Shown: piece after piece, positions 44,659-49,758 of the stretch | Layout of the letters: each line of letters starts with the position of its first letter | How positions within the stretch are numbered: position 1 is the first letter of the stretch | Assembly (NCBI GenBank): GCA_023229615.1 | Contig: JALNYX010000003.1 | Span: forward strand, 1-49,758 | Length of the DNA: 49,758 nt | Source: Candidatus Moraniibacteriota bacterium | GTDB taxonomy: Bacteria > Patescibacteriota > Minisyncoccia > Moranbacterales > UBA9337 | Direction of reading: 5' to 3' | Translations under genes and position numbers: made by a program | Notes under the pieces: generated by a model | The model's database searches: none | Told to the model about the DNA's origin: nothing | What the model saw: only the letters and a program-made list of their open reading frames with translations

Positions 44659-45642
44659 TTATTTTATCTTGTAATATTCTTTGTACCAATCCACAAAATT
44701 TTTGATTCCTTCTTCAATCCTGGTGGTTGGTTCCCAGCCGAGCTTTCGCAACTTGCTAATATCTGCCACAGTCGTCGGAACATCTCCCGGTTGCATCGGC
44801 ATCAAGTTTTTCTTGGATTTCTTTCCCACATTTTCTTCCAACACCTCAATATATCGCATCAAAGTATCCTCCCTATCCCCTCCAATATTCATCACATCAT
44901 AACCACTACAATTATCCATAACCGCAATTGTTCCAGAAACAATATCATCAATATAAGTAAAATTGCGACTCATCTTTCCCCGATTATACACATCAATCGC
45001 CTTGCCTTCAAACATATTTTTTGTAAACTTGAAAAGCGCCATATCCGGCCGCCCCCACGGTCCGTACACCGTGAAATAACGCAAAGCAGTCACATTCAAA
45101 CCATAAATATGATTATATACGTGCGCCAAAAGTTCTGTGGCCTTCTTGGTTGCCGCATAAGGAGAAATCGGAGTATCTACACTATCAGTTTCGGAGAATG
45201 GTTGCTTGGTATTGTTTCCATAAACAGAAGATGAAGACGCGAAAACAAAATTTTTAATCTTATGCTTCACACTTGCCTCCAAAAGATTCATCGTTCCGCG
45301 AATATTCACTTCTTCATATAACATTGGATCAAGTAAAGAACTGCGCACTCCCGCCATCGCCGCCAAATGAATAACCTTGTCAATTTTTTCCTTCTTGAAA
45401 ATTCTCTCCAACGCTTTCGCATCCCGAATATCCGCCTTGTACAATTTGAAATCATAACCTTTGAGCAATTTTTTCACACGGTCTTTTTTCAAATTCACAT
45501 CATAATAATCATTGAAATTATCAATCAAAACCACATTATCCCCCCTGTCCATCAAAGACTTTGCCAACGCGCTTCCAATAAATCCAGCTCCTCCCGTAAT
45601 AAACACTTTGATTTTTTTTCGTTTCTTTTTCGCAGTTTCCAT
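44659..45642 (-). CDS. NAD-dependent nucleotide-sugar epimerase (extended SDR; UDP-glucuronate 4-epimerase-like)
   Basis: VFITGGAGFIGSALA Rossmann motif. SPYAATKKATE (YxxxK). Confidence 0.85.
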   Translation of the reverse strand: METAKKKRKKIKVFITGGAGFIGSALAKSLMDRGDNVVLIDNFNDYYDVNLKKDRVKKLLKGYDFKLYKADIRDAKALERIFKKEKIDKVIHLAAMAGVRSSLLDPMLYEEVNIRGTMNLLEASVKHKIKNFVFASSSSVYGNNTKQPFSETDSVDTPISPYAATKKATELLAHVYNHIYGLNVTALRYFTVYGPWGRPDMALFKFTKNMFEGKAIDVYNRGKMSRNFTYIDDIVSGTIAVMDNCSGYDVMNIGGDREDTLMRYIEVLEENVGKKSKKNLMPMQPGDVPTTVADISKLRKLGWEPTTRIEEGIKNFVDWYKEYYKIK

Positions 45643-45664
45643 TTTTTTTATATTCTTAAATTGA

Positions 45665-47554
45665 TTATTTATTCATCCTATTTTCCCAATACCACTGGTA
45701 CACATCCTGCACAATCGGAACCGCATTATAACTCTCCTCCCCCTGCCCCTCAACCAACACCACCAAAACAATCTCCGGATTTTCATATGGAGCATAAGAA
45801 ACAAACCAACCGTGCGTCTTCCCCTCACCGCCATATTGCGCCGTTCCGGTTTTTCCGGCAATTTCAATCGGCAAACTATTCAAACTCATCGCCGTTCCTT
45901 CCGTCACTGTCATCCTCATCCCTTCTTGCACCACTTTCAAAATCTGCGGACTGACCAATTGCTTTCTGATTGCCTGAGGAGGATAATTGTCCGTTTCCCC
46001 CCTAAGATTGCGCGCTTGAGAAACAACCCTTGGCTGATACAAAGTACCGCCATTGGCAACCGCTGAAATATATGCGGCAATCTGCAAAGGAGTTGCCGTA
46101 ATATATCCCTGCCCAATAGACGCATGATAACTATTTCCAATATACCATTTTTCACCAAACGTATCCAACTTCCACTTTTCATCCGGAATAAACCCCTCCG
46201 CCTCTCCCGGAATATCAATTCCACTTGCACTTCCAAACCCGAACAAATTGTAATACTGCTTCATCTTTTCCATCCCCAAACCTTTCACATTTCCATATCC
46301 TCCTCCAACACTATAGAAAAAAACATCACTCGAAACCGCAATCGCCCGCCTGACATCCGTGAACCCATGCGCTTTCCAATCGCCAAAAGAATAACCTCCA
46401 ACACTAATCCCTCCCCGACTTTCAACTTGAGTTTGAGGAGTGATCGTTCCCTCTGTAAGTGCGGCGCTGGCAAGCAAAGGCTTGATAGTTGAACCGGGAG
46501 CATATTCACCGGAAATTGACCGATCAAACATTGGACGAAGAGGATCATTCATTAAATTTTGATATTGCTCCGAAGAAATTCCGCTGGCAAAAAGATTATT
46601 GTCAAAACTCGGAATACTCACCATCGCCAATATTCCTCCGTCATTCGGATTAATCGCCACGGCCGTTGCCGTTTTCAATTGCTTTTCCTCCAAGACATTG
46701 TTCATACTATCAAACAATTTCTTCTGCAACTGAGCATCAATATTCAAAATCAAATCACTTCCCGGCTCCGGACTCACAACTCCCACCTCGCGCTTGGCTC
46801 TGCCTATTGAATCCACTTCAATTCTCTTGATTCCATTTTTTCCGCGCAATTTGTTTTCATATGATTTTTCAATTCCCTGTTTTCCAATATAATCAGTCAG
46901 AACGTAATCAGGATTTTCCTTCAATTCTTCCGGACGAATTTTTCCTTCATAACCGAGAATATGCGAAAAAATCAACCCATCCTCATACCGGCGCACTGCA
47001 TTTTTTTCAACGCTAAACCCGGGGAAATTTTCTTTTTTTCCTTCAATTGTGAGCGCCTCTTCCTGGGATATATTCTCCTTAACCAAAATCGGGGACAACG
47101 ACGAAAGTTTCACGTTTTCCAAAATCCCCCAAACCTCCCCCTTGTTCATCCCGAGAATACCTGCCAATTTTTCAGCAATATTTTCCCGCTCGCTTGAATC
47201 GGCCGGAAGATCCGCCGGAACAGCCACCACATCCATACTCGGCATATTGTTTACTAAAACTTGTCCGTAACGATCATATATTTTTCCCCGCGGAGCTTTG
47301 ATACTCACAGAGCGAATGCTGTTTTCCTTGGCAACCTCGCGATAATATTCCCCCTTTACAACTCCTAAATAAAAAATTCTTCCGCCCATCACAAACAAAG
47401 ATGCCAAAGAAAAAAACCAAAAAATATTCAACAATTTTTTGTTAAAAGGATTCTCCACTCTTGAGGCTTCTTGCTCCGTAACTGTCATCAAAGAATCTTC
47501 CACTTCGTAGCGGTCAATCAATTCTCTTTTTATTTGATATTTTCCATCTATCAT
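45665..47554 (-). CDS. mrdA: Penicillin-binding protein 2 (elongasome transpeptidase)
   Basis: GSTIKP (SxxK) and KTGTAQ (KTG). N-terminal TM. Position immediately after mreBCD. Confidence 0.9.
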   Translation of the reverse strand: MIDGKYQIKRELIDRYEVEDSLMTVTEQEASRVENPFNKKLLNIFWFFSLASLFVMGGRIFYLGVVKGEYYREVAKENSIRSVSIKAPRGKIYDRYGQVLVNNMPSMDVVAVPADLPADSSERENIAEKLAGILGMNKGEVWGILENVKLSSLSPILVKENISQEEALTIEGKKENFPGFSVEKNAVRRYEDGLIFSHILGYEGKIRPEELKENPDYVLTDYIGKQGIEKSYENKLRGKNGIKRIEVDSIGRAKREVGVVSPEPGSDLILNIDAQLQKKLFDSMNNVLEEKQLKTATAVAINPNDGGILAMVSIPSFDNNLFASGISSEQYQNLMNDPLRPMFDRSISGEYAPGSTIKPLLASAALTEGTITPQTQVESRGGISVGGYSFGDWKAHGFTDVRRAIAVSSDVFFYSVGGGYGNVKGLGMEKMKQYYNLFGFGSASGIDIPGEAEGFIPDEKWKLDTFGEKWYIGNSYHASIGQGYITATPLQIAAYISAVANGGTLYQPRVVSQARNLRGETDNYPPQAIRKQLVSPQILKVVQEGMRMTVTEGTAMSLNSLPIEIAGKTGTAQYGGEGKTHGWFVSYAPYENPEIVLVVLVEGQGEESYNAVPIVQDVYQWYWENRMNK

Positions 47555-47565
47555 AAATATCTTTT

Positions 47566-48102
47566 CTATTTAATATTCACTGCGCTTTCATAAAAAGCCA
47601 AACGTTTTTCCATCCGACCTATCGCCCAATAAAGAAAATAGAAAGTTATAATATTGCAGAATGATCCAGTCAACACTCCTTTGAAAAAACTTGCCATCCC
47701 TCCGCTAAAAAATTCCACCGCTCCTCCCTGCCAGGAAAAAAAATTAATTACCAAAAAATTATTGAAAAATGTCACCGAAATAATAAGCAAGAATACCAAC
47801 AGAAAACTCCACCCCTGACTCTCAATCAAAAGTCGCCGAGAAATAAAACTCACAATATATACTGCAAAAATGAAAAGTATCGCATTTTTTCCCACCGCAT
47901 CAAAAGCTAGCAGGTCAACAAGAATACCGAGTGAAATTGCATACACCCAAGCTTTTTCAAATCCGGAAATAATCGTCCAAGCCACCGCCGCCATCAAAGC
48001 GAAACTCACGACACACCCTTGGAACGAAAAAGAAGCGAAAAAATATGCCTGCAAAAAAACAATCGTTGCGATAGCTGCTAACCTGAAAAAAAATTTCTCC
48101 AT
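47566..48102 (-). CDS. mreD: Rod shape-determining protein MreD
   Basis: 178-aa protein with 5-6 TM helices, between mreC and mrdA. Confidence 0.7.
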   Translation of the reverse strand: MEKFFFRLAAIATIVFLQAYFFASFSFQGCVVSFALMAAVAWTIISGFEKAWVYAISLGILVDLLAFDAVGKNAILFIFAVYIVSFISRRLLIESQGWSFLLVFLLIISVTFFNNFLVINFFSWQGGAVEFFSGGMASFFKGVLTGSFCNIITFYFLYWAIGRMEKRLAFYESAVNIK

Positions 48103-48108
48103 TATCTC

Positions 48109-48921
48109 CTACTGACCGCTCTTGATCACGGAAACAAACCGCAAATCAATGGGTGCGATTAATTGAAAAACAGTTGCGCGTTGAAACAAATGATCCGGAG
48201 AAGCATACACATCGTTTATTTTTCCAATCAACAATCCTCTTGGCATATCTGCGCCAATTCCGGAAGTTGTCACCTCGTCGCCAACATTAATTCTGTCCGT
48301 TTGCAAAACATCATCCAAAATCAATCCCAATCCATGCTCCCCCTTCACAATTCCCTTCGCCTCATTTGAACCTGCCTGCGCGTTGATTGAACTTTCCGGG
48401 TTTGACAAAAGCATTACCTGGGACGTGCCGGCATATGCGTTTTTTATGTAACCGACAAGATTTCTCCCGGACACGACAACCGGCATTCCCTCGGCAATTC
48501 CGTCATTACTACCCTTGTCAATCATAATCCAATTTCCCACCCCATGAACATCCCGCCCAATCACTTGCGCCGTCTGCGCCTCAAAACGATCCCGCAAAAA
48601 CAAATCATTTTGCTCTCTCAAAAGATCATTTTCTTTTTTCATATCCCGAAGCATTGCATTTTCCGCCGCCAAACGCAGATTCTCATCATTCAATTTCGCA
48701 TTCTCTGTTTTCAAATCGCCGATAGAAGAAAGAAAAATTCCCAATTGTTTGGTTCCATCAGAAGATATAAATAATACTTTTTGAAAAGGATATGCAACGC
48801 GGAATATAATCCCGCGGAAAAAATCAAAAAAGTTATTTGGATTCCAAAAAATCAAGAAACCAAAAACAATTGCCACAGCGATGACACGAAATATTTTTCG
48901 ACTGGAAAAACTCTTAAACAT
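48109..48921 (-). CDS. mreC: Rod shape-determining protein MreC
   Basis: N-terminal TM, coiled-coil (ENAKLNDENLRLAAENAMLRDMKKEND), and a beta-rich C-terminal domain with GMPVV...LVG. Confidence 0.85.
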   Translation of the reverse strand: MFKSFSSRKIFRVIAVAIVFGFLIFWNPNNFFDFFRGIIFRVAYPFQKVLFISSDGTKQLGIFLSSIGDLKTENAKLNDENLRLAAENAMLRDMKKENDLLREQNDLFLRDRFEAQTAQVIGRDVHGVGNWIMIDKGSNDGIAEGMPVVVSGRNLVGYIKNAYAGTSQVMLLSNPESSINAQAGSNEAKGIVKGEHGLGLILDDVLQTDRINVGDEVTTSGIGADMPRGLLIGKINDVYASPDHLFQRATVFQLIAPIDLRFVSVIKSGQ

Positions 48922-48948
48922 ATCGCGTTTTTATTATAAAGAAAATTT

Positions 48949-49758
48949 CTATCTCAATGGTCGATCGTCATATTGGTTGTCAATCAAAACCTCTCTCAAA
49001 TTATCCAAATCTTCCAAAACAATTCCTGTTCCTCGCACCACTGCTGTCAAAGGATCCTCCATCATTCGCACCGGCATTTCAGTGTGATTGGCAATCGCTT
49101 TGTCCAGCCCGCGAATCAAACTTCCTCCGCCTGCCAAGATTATTCCGCTTTGCATAATATCCGAAATAAGTTCCGGTGGGGTTTCTTCAATGATAGTTTT
49201 GATATTATTGATGATAATTCGAATTGAACGGGAAAGCGCCTCACGAATTTGCTCGTCATTGGCTTTGACTTCCTTGGGCAGTCCGCTCACCAAATCCCGC
49301 CCTCGAATCATCATTGTGAGAGGTTTTGGCTGAGGATGCGCGCTACCAATAGCAATCTTCGCCTCTTCGGCTGTCTTTTCCCCGATTAATAAATTGAATT
49401 CATCCCGGCAATATCTGATTATATCCTCATTCATTTCATCACCGGCAACTCGCAAACTGCGAGAAACCACCACTCCTCCCAAAGAAATTACCGCGATCTC
49501 CGATGTCCCTCCTCCGATGTCAACAATCATATTCCCAGCCGGAGTAGTTACCGGCAGACGCGCTCCGATAGCCGCCGCCATCGGCTCATCAATTACATAC
49601 GCCTCTCGCGCTCCCGCATTGAGAGATGCATCAATCACCGCCCGCTTCTCCACCTCAGTCACGCCAGAAGGAATTCCAATCAAAACACGCGGACGAGGAA
49701 GAAGCGAAAAAGAATCTTTGTGAATTTTATCAATAAAATATCGAAGCATTTGTTGCGT
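48949..49758 (-). CDS. mreB: Rod shape-determining protein MreB, N-terminus beyond the window
   Basis: DIGGGTSEIAVISLGG and ILAGGGSLIRGLDKAI actin-fold motifs. The frame is open to the window edge (..TQQMLRYF..). Confidence 0.9.
   Translation of the reverse strand, partial: TQQMLRYFIDKIHKDSFSLLPRPRVLIGIPSGVTEVEKRAVIDASLNAGAREAYVIDEPMAAAIGARLPVTTPAGNMIVDIGGGTSEIAVISLGGVVVSRSLRVAGDEMNEDIIRYCRDEFNLLIGEKTAEEAKIAIGSAHPQPKPLTMMIRGRDLVSGLPKEVKANDEQIREALSRSIRIIINNIKTIIEETPPELISDIMQSGIILAGGGSLIRGLDKAIANHTEMPVRMMEDPLTAVVRGTGIVLEDLDNLREVLIDNQYDDRPLR

Overview
Low-GC bacterial window, genetic code 11: TGA ends genes at ATGA overlaps (2029, 3504, 5190, 7911, 9330). The style resembles Patescibacteria/CPR, but that is inference only. 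Most of it is cell-envelope glycan biosynthesis. (i) 1-1206 is the 3' part of an FG-GAP-like repeat surface protein. (ii) 1331-15995 is a very AT-rich cluster: a + strand operon of 7 glycosyltransferases (GTs), 5 SAM methyltransferases and membrane proteins, plus a convergent flippase. (iii) 16149-27926 holds an HTH-phosphoribosyltransferase, GT-C-like membrane proteins, an MBOAT/DltD-like O-acyl pair, and a 910-aa secreted beta-helix/lipase protein. (iv) 27998-32800 is an accessory patch. (v) 32816-44382 is a minus-strand glycosylation operon (1044-aa membrane protein, 6 GTs, flippase) interrupted by an AlbA_2-ATPase gene and a GxxExxY gene bounded by inverted repeats. (vi) 44659-49758 carries an epimerase, mrdA, mreD, mreC and mreB (partial). 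The most unusual signal is in the accessory patch. It holds 15 same-orientation copies of a 36-bp composite palindrome, TGTGTCAT-N7-CGGCCG-N7-ATGACACA. The N7 half-sites occur in swapped combinations that look like site-specific recombination products. The patch also holds three diverged copies of the C-terminal anchor coding segment of the 1044-aa gene and a duplicated promoter module. Its cargo is RhuM-like genes, a zeta-toxin kinase and a PaaX/Cas2-fold regulator, with no recombinase gene in the window. No rRNA, tRNA or genuine CRISPR array was recognised.
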